NCBI GenBank assembly: GCA_047495785.1
Contig: JBLDXI010000007.1
Span: forward strand, 3,844,001 to 3,908,000
DNA length: 64,000 bases
Direction of reading: 5' to 3'
Source of the DNA: Lepidodermella squamata
Lineage: Eukaryota; Animalia; Gastrotricha
Below, piece after piece: positions 26,814-39,832 of the stretch; within the stretch, counting starts at the first letter, position 1, and each line of letters opens with the position of its first letter. A program made the position numbers and the translations under genes. Below the pieces are notes generated by a model, which saw only the letters and a program-made list of their open reading frames with translations, was not told the DNA's origin and made no database searches.

Positions 26814-28180
26814 ATGGCAGGCAGAAAAAGGAATGACATTATTTTCAAGTTTACCTGTGCACTTCTTGTCGTGCTAACGATTTTGACGATCAACCTAAAT
26901 TATTCCAATTTACCTGACACTCGCGCTGCGATTCAACGGTCTCAAAGACAGGTATTTTGAGGCACATTTATTAAAAAAACATAATTTTTTAGCGGATATC
27001 AGCTCATTTTAGACATGAAAATTCACCTAGAAAATGAGCTCCGAAAACTTCGTATCACCAGAATATGCAAATATTTCTACGGCGTGGATAAAAAGCTGGA
27101 TTGGATGGAATTTCTGAGAGAACGATCCTCGCCTAATCAGCAATACAAATGGTGGAGTCGATTATACGTTAACGAGCGCCAGCGATTTGTCTTTTGCAGC
27201 GTCCCTGGAGTAGCCTCCAACAGTATTTATGCAAGCCTTTCAAGTCAAGGTGAAGCTAAAAACTCGACGGAGTTTTCGAACTTGGCGCAATACTCACTGG
27301 ATGATGCCAAAGTGATTCTTGAAACCTACCGGAAACTAGTTTGGGTTCGCGACCCTCTGGATCGTTTGATCTGGGCGTGGAAACGGAGATTTAACGATCA
27401 CTTGAAATATCCTGCTTCAGTATGCATCAAACACAGCAATGTTTGCATAAATTTGCATATTGAATTCCACAGAATACCCTTGGTTCACAAATAATTCGCC
27501 TCTTTCGGCCCAACGCGACGTCATCCGAAATTATGAAGGGATTCCCCGTCTATTTGCACGAGTTCTTCAAATTTATTTCAGTGCAGCACCATCCTCAATT
27601 TTTCGACTTGCACTGGTAAGAAAAAACCACTCCTTCGCATGAGACGTATACAGGACGCAGTGGCTTTGAAGCACGCGCTAATCACACTGGCTTATAGAAA
27701 AAACTCTGCAAGGTCGATTTTGAACTACTGAAAATCGCGTTATATCTGCTTTTCTTCTCGACGCAGTGCCTTCGCAGTGCCCTTATACGTCTCATGCTCC
27801 TTTGTTCACTTATCTATTGCTAATTCACATTTCAGGAGACCATATCTTGACTTGTGTTCTGTTTGCGCTTTGAAGTAAGTCTAACAATCTATCTCCTTCT
27901 GCATATAATAATTATTTTTAGCTACGATTTTATTGGAAAGCTCGAGGAGGTGGATGTGGAGTTAGACTTCCTCATTAGAAATGGTTCCAAGCAGCACTCA
28001 GAAATTCAGCCCCTAAAACCCAGTGAATCCTCATTCCCAAGATCGGCTAAACGCAATTTCCTACGTCAGGCTATGGCCGATGGTTTGCTGTCGCAAGATA
28101 CTTTGAGTAAAGTGTTAGCAATGTATAAAGTTGACTACGATTTGTTTGGTTATGACTACGCAGAAGATTTGGTGCTATGA
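26814..28180 (+). CDS. Carbohydrate sulfotransferase-like (Sulfotransfer_2/CHST) type II membrane protein with degenerate PAPS motifs
   Basis: N-terminal TM, then FCSVPGVASN, VRDPLDRLI, YDFIGKLE, YKVDYDLFGY. Multi-exon. AATAAA at about 28199. Confidence 0.8.
27637..27797. repeat. Intronic MITE-like element or hairpin with a 14-bp perfect inverted repeat
   Basis: GCATGAGACGTATA (27637-27650) / TATACGTCTCATGC (27784-27797). Confidence 0.6.
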
Positions 28181-28657
28181 GGATGAAGGAAAGGGATGAA
28201 TAAAAGCGGATTTAGATGCACGGAATTGAGCGTACAGTTTTTACATTTAACTTGATGCGGTTGGTGAGAACTTTGCACCAAGATATGCTGTGTGCAATAC
28301 ACCCACAAGAAACACTATCAATTTTCGAAAACATGCTGCTACAACTGACAGGCTGCCAAATAGGTAAGGAATTGACACCCTTTTCCTTGGTAAAATGAGC
28401 CGGTTCTATCGCTAAGGAATCTTGGTGGATCTAATGTTAATTCAGCTACTATGGAGAGCCGATTGTTTGATTCTTAGCCCTGTATGGCCTTATGTAAGTG
28501 CAGCTCAGGAAGTTCCATGAAAGACTTACTCTGAATTAATTTCCGAAAGCTTATTCAACAAGACTCACCACCAACTCAAAACCCCCCTTCGATGCAGCGT
28601 TTTCTAGTAAGATTTTCATCTCTAATGAACAAAACTTTCGAAGCAGCTATTTTCAAG

Positions 28658-29128
28658 GCTAACCGTCATGATAATGATGAAATAAGAACTACGACAACTG
28701 CCACTACAACTAGTACGTCAACCACCACACAGATCCCAACACCAACGCCACTAATAATTTACATAACGCAAACGGCTCCACCACCACAAATCATCTACAT
28801 CACTCAAACTGCCCCTCCACCGCAAATCGTTTATATCACAGTAACAGCAACAGGCGAGACGACACAACCGCAGGAAACCAATTCTCCCGCCGTAAAACCG
28901 ACTCCGCCGACTAAGCCGTGGTTTACAACGCGGCCTATTCGAACGGTCAGTCCCGCCGTAGTGAATGATCAAGCTGTTGAAGAGGCTTCCTCTAGCTGCG
29001 GATGGATAATTTTTGCTATTGTAATGAGCCTCAGTGCTGTGGCTGCGATTGTTGTGCTGGTTTTGTGTTGCGTGCCTGAATGCCCTGGGTACAGCACTTG
29101 TTCCGGCTATGGATGCCACAATAAATGA
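28658..29128 (+). CDS. Mucin-like Thr/Pro-rich single-pass membrane protein (final exon; 5' exons uncertain)
   Basis: Acceptor tttcaag at 28657. Poly-Thr tract, three IIYITQTAPPPQ-type repeats, TM WIIFAIVMSLSAVAAIVVLVL and a Cys-rich tail. Confidence 0.6.
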   Translation, partial: ANRHDNDEIRTTTTATTTSTSTTTQIPTPTPLIIYITQTAPPPQIIYITQTAPPPQIVYITVTATGETTQPQETNSPAVKPTPPTKPWFTTRPIRTVSPAVVNDQAVEEASSSCGWIIFAIVMSLSAVAAIVVLVLCCVPECPGYSTCSGYGCHNK

Positions 29129-29316
29129 ATAATGGAGATTTCATTTGGTCAAGTTGAACAACATAAATCGGAGAATCTACTCGAGGTTTATTCAACATGC
29201 AATCAAAATATACATTATTCCATTTGTTTTAATTCATTCCTATTACGAAAAAGCTGTTTCCAAAAATAAATAATTAAAACTATCACTATGCATGAACGGG
29301 TCAAATTCACGATAAT

Positions 29317-31960
29317 TCACGCCCTAGGTCGTTCGTGACCAGCCCATTCGCGTTGACGCAGCTCAACACGACGCGTCTTGCCACTGACTGTTTTCGGCAA
29401 ACTGTCCACGAACTCGATCTTTCGTGGGTACTTGTACGGGGCCGTTACATTTTTCACGTGTTCCTGGAGCTCGCGAGTTAAAGCTTTCTGGTCAACGTCT
29501 TTATGACTAGGTCGTAGCACAACAAAAGCTTTCACGATTTCGCCTTTCAGCTCATCAGGACTGGAGACCACTGCAGATTCCGCGACTGCAGGGTGCTCAA
29601 TTAGGGCGGATTCTACCTCGAACGGTCCGATGCGATAGCCAGCCATGATAATTACATCATCTAGGATACAACGCACCGTTAACAATCAATATTTCGAAGC
29701 GAAAAACTTACCAGCTCGGCCCACGAAGTAGATGTAGCCATCGTGGTCCATATAACACTTATCCCCAGTAATGTAGTAGCGGCCGTCTTTCGGGAAAGCT
29801 TTCGCCATAGCTTGAGGTGCGTCGACATACTGTTTGAACAGGCCCAGGGGGCGATCACGAGGGTCTTCCGGAATTTTAATCGCAAAATGCCCCTCTTGCA
29901 TGGGAGGCAATTCGTTCAAATCATCGTCGACAATCGCCAAGTCGACCCCAGGAGATGCCAAGCCTAATGAACTAGGCCGGTAGGGCATATTCGGCATATT
30001 GCAAGCCATCATGCAGGTTTCAGTCTGGCCGTAGCCCTCGCGAATTCTCACACCGGTAGATTTGCGCCACCGCTCAATAACCTCAGGATTGTTCGGCTCA
30101 CCGGCAGATAGACAATTCTTCAAATAAGGCACTTCGCTGGCCTCTGGAAGCTTCTCCAACATGAACATGCGATATAACTGCACAAAATGGAAAACAATGT
30201 AATTCAACGTTGAAAATAAGATGGACGACTCACAGTCGGGGCGCCGCAGAACGTAGTGATCGGATATTTCTTCAACATCTGTCAAGAAAACGAAGAAATC
30301 AGAGCAAATAATTGTAGATGGGCTCCTAATTCTAAGTCTATCCCTCGAAAAAGATACAAATATTAATTAAAGAGCATGCCTGAAGAACTTCAGCAGCCAC
30401 ATTTTTAGGAGGCCGCGCGCTGTAAGTTGTAAAATGACAGGCACCGGCGAGCCACGGGCAATACACAGCCCATAACATTTTCGCCCAGCCACTATCTGTT
30501 ACCACAAAGCTTATATCGCCTGGTCGCAGGGCATACCAGTACCTAAAGCAACGATGGACTGCAACGGCTACAATAACTTTTGACCCCGGGGCGAGCGTTC
30601 GGTATACAAGAAAAATTAGCCGATAAATCAACTCACGTTGAGCATTGTGACAGGATTCACAGCTCCTGTTACGTTATTCCAGCAGAAAACTGTTGCTGAG
30701 CCAAGCCATGGGCCGAAATATTGCATGTATAGAGTCTTGCGAACAGAAAATAGTTGACAGCTTCAAACTTGCGATATCAACTCACTTTAACCCAACCGGG
30801 ATCTATAATTACGTGGTGTCATAATTTTGAATATCTCCTGAAAAGTTGCTATAACCTGAGAAATTCCAGCACAGGTTACCGGGCCGAGCGTTAAGAAGAT
30901 ACCTGAGAAAAATTGACCGAACGCGTCGCCCCGAATTCAAGCATAAGAATATGGAAAACATACCTTGTTGTAGTATAATGTCCCAATGCCATGCTGTAGG
31001 CCATGTCTACCATTTTTGGCATGCCAGTTGTACCGGAGGTAAAATATATGAACATGGAATCATCACAGCTATTGTTCACACACTGTAAATTTTAGTGGTT
31101 GAAAATAATTAAGATTTAGAACGTGTTGTTAGGTTACATGATGCTCTTTCGGAATGTCGCGGCGCTGCAATTCGCTGTAGCTCAGCCAGCCGGAACGTGT
31201 TGCCTTGTCCCGAGTTAGCGGTACCAAAATCTTGGTTCTCACCGTGCATTCTGAACCTATCGCCGCGATGGCAGCCTCCATTTTGTCAGCCCTTTCCTCA
31301 TCAGTTATTACTGCTTTCGCCCCGGACATCTCGATACGATGCATCAGATCACGCTCAGAGAGCATTCCTGAAAACATTGAGTAGCAATGCGATGGGTTAT
31401 ATTTGAAATGATCTTAATTTTGTGATTTTCAAGCTGCACCAACCTGTTCCTGGACATATGGTAATGCCAGCTCGCATCATAGCTAGCGAAAGTAGGTACC
31501 ACTGATAGAGCTTTGGCAGCACAATTATAACCCGATCGCCCTGTTTAAGCCCCGCAGCCATAATCAGGCCATTAGCGAGCCGCTTCGACTCGTTCACAAT
31601 GTCCGTGAATGAAAACTTCCGCTCATCCCCCGTATCATCACACCACCACAATGCCAAACCAGGCTGGCCTGACATGTGCTCATACGCCGCCCATCTTTCC
31701 ATGACATCTCGGGCGAAATTGAAATTGGGCGGTGCTCTCAATCGTAGAGAACGCCTTTCAGCTTCATAATGCCGCTGGAAATCGAACGGCTCTTGGTAAG
31801 CTGGTAGCATGAACTGCGGTTGCGGAATTCGAGTCACCCATCGTTTACCAACTACCACTCTTCTGACATGATTTACCGCCGATGAAATGTTTGCTGGTCA
31901 TAAAGAATAAGCTTACCTGGAAATATTGGTCCCAACACACCGAGTGGACAACAATGACAT
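29317..31960 (-). CDS. Medium-chain acyl-CoA synthetase (ACSM family), probably mitochondrial
   Basis: Multi-exon. Motifs [81 protein letters not shown]. Confidence 0.92.
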
Positions 31961-32150
31961 TTTTAACCTGCGGAAACAACAAAACCTACAAATTGAAAAT
32001 TCCACGTTTTAATATTTCCGTCATCATATTTCATTTCAAAGTGCACCAGCATTCAAGTAACAGCATTCAAGGCCACAACCAAAATTATATCATGCAATAT
32101 ATTTTTTATGAAAGGCAAAACGTTATTATACACAATATTTTAGAGTCTCA

Positions 32151-35100
32151 TCATAGCTTCAATTTCTTGATATTTTCCGGCGAAAAATCGACCCGAAGCG
32201 CAAGAACTTGGCGAATTTCAGTCGGCGTTAGACGCCACGCGAACGCCGCATCAGCCTGTAAATACTCGGCCAGTTCAGCCTCGCGCTCGAGCGACAATAT
32301 CGTCGCCATTTGCGTCAATCGCGCGAATCGATCTCGAATCGACCAAGAAGTAATCGAGGTTAGATAAGTCACCAATTTTCGCATATCCTTGTCCAACTGC
32401 ATGCCGCCTACTTTTGAAAACCGCATTTTCACTACAGCTTTTTCAAGTAGGACAGCCGTCTCTCCAACCACCCCCTTCACGATATGTTCATGATTTGCTG
32501 GGGTTAGAAGAGGGCGAACTGCTGTTAGTAGTCTATCGACCTGTCGAATTAGACCTTGACACCACGGATCGTCGGCCTCGTATGCGGCATACTCGTCCTC
32601 GCGGATGTTGTGGTCGGTAGCTGCGAACGCTTCAATGGCAGGTTTGAGTTTTGGCCGAATCGCAGCGTGGACGAATTGCTGAGCCCCGGCGCCTTGCATT
32701 TCGCGAAGCCGGTCGCGAACTCCGTTCAAACTGCCCAGGCAGCTCTCCAACTTGCCACGCGATTGTTCAGACAACGAAGCAAACAATTTCCCCACCTAAA
32801 GATATAAATATAAAGCTTATTCATATGGTCTGAATATGTCCACCATTAAATATGGAGGGATATAATTAAGCGTCCTGGCTTAAAATCGTCCCGACTTATT
32901 TAGCGATTTTGATCTTCGTTTGGTGCCCATAATGATGCACTGAAACTTGGTATTTCATTTTAGCTACATGGTGCCCAAGCTGTGTGGAAAATTATCAATA
33001 TTGGGTTCCGGGGGATAGTTAAATCGGGAAAATCACCGATTTATAAAATTGTTACTTGAAATCGATATCGGCTATGCAGGCTGAAGTTCAACTCGTAAAC
33101 TGACATATCATATCGCAAAATACGAAAAATATGGAGACCTATTGGTCAGGCATGACTAAAAAATTTGGATTCCAGTTAAGACTTGAAACTCTAAAACTCA
33201 CGCTTCGGAGGCATCTAGTGTTGGAGTCTCAAATTTAGTGAATCAATGCTGAATATTAAGCTGATCGAGTTCAATTCCTGCTTTATATTAATTTCTATTC
33301 GCCAAAGACGGCGCTTTGGTCAAAATTATTTTCAAAAAAACGAGGAATTTTACCTCATCTTCGACGTTGCCGCGTAATAAGGCGCAGAACTCGGAAGAAG
33401 TATCGACGTTATTAAGCGCAACACACCATGCGAAAAGCTGTTTCGTATCGATAACCGACTCCCCAGCAGCGCCAGCTTCACCACCAGCCTGGCTAGATAG
33501 CGCAGCCGAAGATTGATGATGAGTCCTGCCCAGTGTTTGCTGCTGAATAGTCGACTGCATAAACGAGTAGGCTTGTCCAAGGTCGAAGCCTGGACCAACA
33601 ACGCCGGCCGAAGCTGATCTGAGACGGTTCTTCAGCACAGCGACGAATTGGTCGTCGAGTAACGACGCGGCATGGTTAACCATCGCGCAGACGATATCGA
33701 TCGAAGAAGAACAAATCGCGCGATGAAGAGACTTCTTCACTACGAAAAACACGTCATCGACCACGGTGGACACTGTTGCGCCATCTTCGATTGTATCGAT
33801 TCCGATGGCTTTCGCGACCATTTCTCGCATTAGGTACTCTTCAAGGGCGACGTATTGGCCGAGAAGTTCCTGCGTTCCGACGACTAGTTGAGTTGAATTG
33901 ACGAAACGGGACGCGTCTTTTCGAGCGCTTTCCAGCTCGCCTGGACTCGACATGGCAGTTTCGACGTCTTGGTCCAAACGCCGGCGAATGAAAGATACGA
34001 ATTGTTCGACCTGAAAATGCAAAACATGGTTTAGATTGACTCGATTGCCTCTCGAAACACTAATTTCTCGAAATATGAGAGCGAATTCGGGAAAAGAAGA
34101 GCTCAAAGCTTGTAAAATTGGTTCATAATTTGAAAACAAACCTTAACATTGATGAGAGCGATTTCAGCTAAAACAACATCCAGCTGTTTCGAATCCGGCC
34201 GCTCAACGACCGCAAATGACTTCTTCGTCGATTGCTTTGACAACGCTTCGACCTGGGCATGAACAGTCGACAACCGTCGTTCCCGCCTTAGTTCTTCCAA
34301 CAACCCACGATACGCATCATCACACTCCCGCTGCACAGATTTAACTACCTCCAACATATTACCCGGGCCGTAGTACGTTTCAACCAGGGGCCGATGCACA
34401 TCGATCACTCGGGCGACCTCTTCGAGTAACAGCGACGCAGCATCAGCGAAACGAACGTTGTACCGCGGCGACATTTCATCGACGTCAACAATTTTCCGCA
34501 CCAAAGCGCGGACTGTTGAGGCGAGCTGCGAGGCTAAATAGGCCGAGAATCGTTCCAGGCCTTCTTTGTGAAGTTTGAGGAGAGGGAAAATTTTGAAGAA
34601 TCTCTCGACAGATGCGACGTCATTTCGCCGCACTGCTTCGTCGAAATGCCGACGCACGATGGATTTCAGCTTCATTTCGGCTTCTTTCAGCAGTTTTAGC
34701 GAGGCTTCGAGGGACGAGTGGCCAGCGGCTGGCGCCGGTGAGGTTGGCGGCGATGTTTCGCTGGTATTACGGCTGTTATCATCCTCAACTACGTCATCTG
34801 CTGCGGCTACTGACATGCGAAGAACTTCGGCATCGAGTTTCAAAAATCGGTGGATATGAGCCGCGGCCTGTGAAAAAGAGTAAAAATAAATAAATTAAAT
34901 TGCGTACATTTCTTTCAAAATGTTCAGTATAAAATTTCATTTTTTGATTTTTTAGCTAGCTCACATCATTTTAGGCCGGGGGTTGAATTAAAGACCTTGG
35001 AATTTCTTAAAAATTCATTAAGATTGCCTCTCAAGAATAGAAAATGATACCTAAATATTACAGGTACATGTGCATTAGCAATTAACAAAAACGCTCATTA

Positions 35101-37979
35101 ATTATTTTGCTTTCTTTTTGAGCGAACTCGAATCAAACTTTAATGGCGCATCTTTCATTAACGAAATGAGTCTTTTTGTTTACAAAAGAACACGGGGCAA
35201 GCAATTAGCCGCTATTTTACCCCATATTGGCTGAAAGCGCATCAATAGTTAAGCGAGAACGCGTCAAGTAGCATCATTTCATTACGCTAAAATGATTGCA
35301 GCACTAATGTTTCAACAATCAGAAGAATGAGTTTCATACCACGTGTAAGTAATGAAAGGAGTGCGTGAGGATAATCTTCAGAACTGCACCAAATTACCCA
35401 AAAATTCACATTTTTTCGGAAAATTATCCCCTTGAATTATCCCTTTTTGGTGAAATTGCCGTATTTACATGTTAATCAATTCATAAAATGATGAGAAAAG
35501 TCGAATTTTGAGAAAACTTCAAGGCAAAATTCTGAAATAATTGTATAGGTCAGCGATTTCAATACTCAATTCAGGATATTTAATTCTGAAAACTGTTTAG
35601 GAAATACCTAATAGGAAAACCCCAGTGGTACCTGGTTCAGATAAAAATTTTCCGGATATTTCAAATCCATTAAATATTTGACTTCCAATCGCACTGCATT
35701 TGAACATTTTCTTACGGACAGCATTAATACAAATATTCCTCATAAGTCACATTTGTCAGATATTTTGACGCTCAATCGTTTTGAACGTTGATGTTTTTCC
35801 GCTGAAAAAATAGTTTACGCCAAACTTTCATTGTTTCAGGCAATCTCGGGCTGCATGGTGCTGATGAAAAACCAACACGCTTGTGAAATCGCTGGTTACA
35901 CAGTGGCTTTCAGACCTTTCATCGTCAAGAGGCTGTGTTGTAGTTGTATCCTATGCTTAAACAGCAAGCATGTAACAACGACCCAAGTTCACTTCTGGTC
36001 ACGTCACGTCACGTCACCTCATCATCATCATCATTATGTTCCCACCACGGCGCCTTTTTCGTGACTGGCGGCTAATTGCCGGTCTCTCGAGAGGTCGACT
36101 TCCGCGCCGCTCTCCGCAAGTGTCGCAGCTCACAAGGTGACGAACACGGCGCACAAGAGACGCGCACGCGTGCAAATACAAGTTGCGGCCGCCCATTTTC
36201 ATCACGAGACGCTCGCTCGTTCGTCTATGACAAACGCTGAGCGGGGCAAATAACAACATCAACAACAACAACAATATCAACAACAAACAACACTAGAAGC
36301 GGCCGGCGCGCAGCTACAAACAGACTCGATTAACATGTATTTAGACGCGTGTGCGCGACACTGAGAGCCGCAAAAATCGATTGCGCACCTGCGCACACCG
36401 ATTCCTGTTTGATGAATTACCTATGCGACCTATGCGGCCAGTGACGCGTTTACAACATGATACGAAAAATTATGCATGTATGTTGTGATTGTCTTGTTAT
36501 TCGCGAGATGTGTATTCCGGGGAGATTTTAACAAAACAATACGCGTATTTTGCATCGGCTTATTAAAGAGCCAAAAAATAATAAACGGTGAAGAGAGAGC
36601 GCGGCGTAAATAAACAAAACAATTCAAGTCTCATCTAAGCATCATGATAAAATAATGAGAAGCAAAATCAAGCCGATTTGAGTGATATAAGAAGTTTAAA
36701 AATGCATTTGACTAAATTTTACTTGAATAATCTGTAACCGAATCGAAACATTCCAGCTACAGTGAACATTGTTGCGTCAGGCTGAATAGTCCGGTTCGAG
36801 CGATCGCGAATGAGGAAAGTTAAGATTTTTAAAACTTTTCAAGCTGTTCAGTCATTTTCGGGTACGATATTCATAAATTTCCATAGAGAATAATTGAAAT
36901 ACATAGCTAGATCCAGGATGATTGGCCCATTCAAAAAATTCAGGCGGCCATTGTCAGATAGGTGCTTGCATTTGTCTTCAAATCCTTTTTATATAAAATT
37001 CGGAAGTTAAATTATTAACTTTTTCCTTTAATTTCCATTCGGAAATCCTCGAACCGGAAATTCTACTTTTATGACGTTAAATTTGCGCCCATTAATACCT
37101 ATTCATGAAACATACAATCACGCAAGAAGGCTCGGGAGAATTTTCCGAAAAAAAGCAATCGCTAATTAATTAAACAAGAAGAATTGCTCGCAACATGCAA
37201 TGAAATCACAAAAGTTGCTGTCGGATATCATTTCAATGTAATTTTTTCGCAATTTTGTGAGTAATAGTCAAAATTGAAAAGAAATAACGATGAAATTCTG
37301 CGTTATTTCCTGAAACACAGCTATCGTACTACAGAAATATTCGATGAGTCAAATTTTCAAGTCGGTTCCGCAAACATATTTTCGCTCTGTAGCGATAGCG
37401 ACAAGGAAATGACCGCGCTAATTGAACAAAAAACTGAAAAATTATCATATAATTTTTCTTTTCATTTTCCTCCGGCAAAATAACTCATTTCTCACATTTT
37501 CCCCATATGAATTACAAACCAAGGGTACTTAAGTATTATGAATAAAATATGCTGCAAATGAGGCATACCTGTTCGAATTCTTCATTAGCCAGCGCAGCTT
37601 GCACGCCATCTGTGCACAGCTTGAGGTCGATGATATCTTCGACACGTTGCAAACACGCGGCAACACGCCCACGCACGCCATCCAACGACTTGATCTGCCG
37701 CGTCACTTTATCGCCCAGATTCGCCGAAAAATCCAACGCAGAATCGAGCTCGCGGCAGTCTGTTTCAATGACATGTAGCCCACCCAACTCGGCTAGCAGG
37801 CGCAGTAGCTCCGTCTCAGTTCGCAAATCATCGGCCATGAAGGCGGAAAACCGGGCTTCGACGCCCTTTTGGGCCACGCAAAGCCCGGCGTACATCGCTT
37901 CGAGCTGTTCAACCGTCTCATACCCGGTCAATTCGACATCTTCAACAATTTCTGCCGGCTGACTGGCAACATCAGCCAT
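32151..37979 (-). CDS. COG4: Conserved oligomeric Golgi complex subunit 4
   Basis: Exons 37979-37569, 34867-34142, 34010-33354, 32795-32151. Motifs DLKLCTDGV..AL..EEFEQAAAHIHRFL, VERFFKIFPLL, ETYYGPG, GGMQLDKDMR, IRDRFARLTQMA, WRLTPTEIRQVLALRVDF. Confidence 0.93.
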
Positions 37980-38339
37980 AATACGAGTAAAAAATCTAAA
38001 AAAAACAACGAAAAATAAAGTCAACAGTTTTACTTCAAGTCGTTTGATATCGATAAAATTTTCTTGTTATTATATTATAATAATTTTAATTTTTTAAACG
38101 AATATTTTATAGGGTACAATCTATTTAAGAGGAATTTTTCTATTTTTTTCTGTCTGACAAGTTGAGAGACTGATTGTAGGTGAATTTTTTTCGTGAAATC
38201 AATATCGACATATTAGATTTGAGCCCATTTACCAGATAAAACAACACGAGACGTAGATAGAAAAAACACCAAAAGTAGAAACGAAAAACACGAGAGGAAT
38301 GTACGTATAATTTTTTATGCAAGTTACTTTCCCACATGC

Positions 38340-39668
38340 TCAAAACACCATGTCCAAGGTGTCTTGCGGGCATGTCCGGTTGAAAGAAGGCTGAACCTGA
38401 CTGGTTGTCACAACTACGTGCTGAGAAGAACTCGTAGAAGTTAGTGCCGCAATTGGTCTCATACCTAAGGCCGAGGTATGATGAGCCAACTCCAACCCAG
38501 CTCTTGTTGTCGTCGACGCAATTCCCGCCTGATTTTCGTCAAAATTATCACTATCATCTTCATAGCCGAAAACGGCGATTTTATCGTCGAATCTCAGCTG
38601 TTTCGATCCTGAGCCCGTGCCACGTCTCAACCACATCGGCTTAGCTTTAATAGCCGCAGCACCGCCGATAACTGTAATTTTCACATTAACCTCCACTTCA
38701 GTCTCAATGTCATCTTCTTCGTCGGAAAACGGACTTTCGGGAAGTTGCGGGGCGCCTGGTGAGCCGAAATCGACAAAATCGACACCGGCATCGTCGGATC
38801 GAGAAGATAAAATCAAATCCGGAGTAGCTGGTTCTTCTTTTTTGATTGCTTGATTCTGCTGATTCTGTTGACGCCAAGATCTGCCGGTGAAAATCACAAT
38901 TCGCTCGCCAAAAACTTGTTCCTTTTTCTTCTTGTGGTCTGAATTGGTCGATGGGGGTGGCGGGGCTGGAGGTTTAGGAGCTTGTGGTTTGATAACAGGA
39001 GTTTGTTGAAGTGGAGCAGCTGGTTGCACAATTTCAGCCGGTTTTTCATGAATCGGAGTGATAACAGGTTTAGGTTTAACTACAACCGGTGAAACGGAGT
39101 GATTTATATTGCTTGAGATCAACGGCGTTTCCACGACAGCAGGTTTCAAATCAAACCTAGCTCGAAGTGACGAGACCATCTGCGGTCGTGGTAAGCTATT
39201 TGTCGGAGATTCGTCCAAGCAAGATCGAACAGAAATTCCTTCGGGAGTTTGAGGTAACTGCTGCTGCTGCTGCTGCGGCTTCAAAATGGGCTGTTCAGGT
39301 GAGTGCTCGCTATTGTTATTGTCTCGGAATCTAGTCGATAACACGATATTCGGAGGTGGATTATGCGGGGTTTTGATTGGGGGCGGCGGAGCTGAGTGTT
39401 TAACAGCAGAAACAGGATTGTTGACGTTTGTTTCGGCATTACTCGCAGCAATAAGTTGCAAGTACTGTTCCCTTATCTTTTGAACATATCCTGTCTTGTA
39501 CTCGGGCTTCTCCAAGCCCTCGGCGGCAAGTAGGTCGGGTAAAGATGGTCTCCCTAAATGGTTCGAGTGATTGACGGATCGGCTGGAAACGCTACTTGGT
39601 GAGATACGCGAACGCTGATCCAGCAGCTTCGAAGCGCTGTTGTTATAGCTGATAAGACCTGTCGTCAT
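38340..39668 (-). CDS. Pro/Gln-rich intronless protein, putative taperin/phostensin-like PP1- and actin-binding protein
   Basis: 442-aa ORF preceded by an acceptor at 39705. Motifs GYVQKIREQY, VSSLRARF and C-terminal KQLRFDDKIAVFGYE (RVxF-type). The family call is inferred. Confidence 0.6.
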   Translation of the reverse strand: MTTGLISYNNSASKLLDQRSRISPSSVSSRSVNHSNHLGRPSLPDLLAAEGLEKPEYKTGYVQKIREQYLQLIAASNAETNVNNPVSAVKHSAPPPPIKTPHNPPPNIVLSTRFRDNNNSEHSPEQPILKPQQQQQQLPQTPEGISVRSCLDESPTNSLPRPQMVSSLRARFDLKPAVVETPLISSNINHSVSPVVVKPKPVITPIHEKPAEIVQPAAPLQQTPVIKPQAPKPPAPPPPSTNSDHKKKKEQVFGERIVIFTGRSWRQQNQQNQAIKKEEPATPDLILSSRSDDAGVDFVDFGSPGAPQLPESPFSDEEDDIETEVEVNVKITVIGGAAAIKAKPMWLRRGTGSGSKQLRFDDKIAVFGYEDDSDNFDENQAGIASTTTRAGLELAHHTSALGMRPIAALTSTSSSQHVVVTTSQVQPSFNRTCPQDTLDMVF

Positions 39669-39832
39669 TGGGCCAATTTGATGATTGCAAAATAATTAAC
39701 AGCCCTAAAATAAGGAAAATAGTCATTTATTGTGTTTCATTCACACTTTATGGTTTCATCGGGATAGAGAGCTAGAATAGAACAAGACCTAGGATGCGAT
39801 CGTTATTGATGCAGGTAAATTATGTTTTTAAA

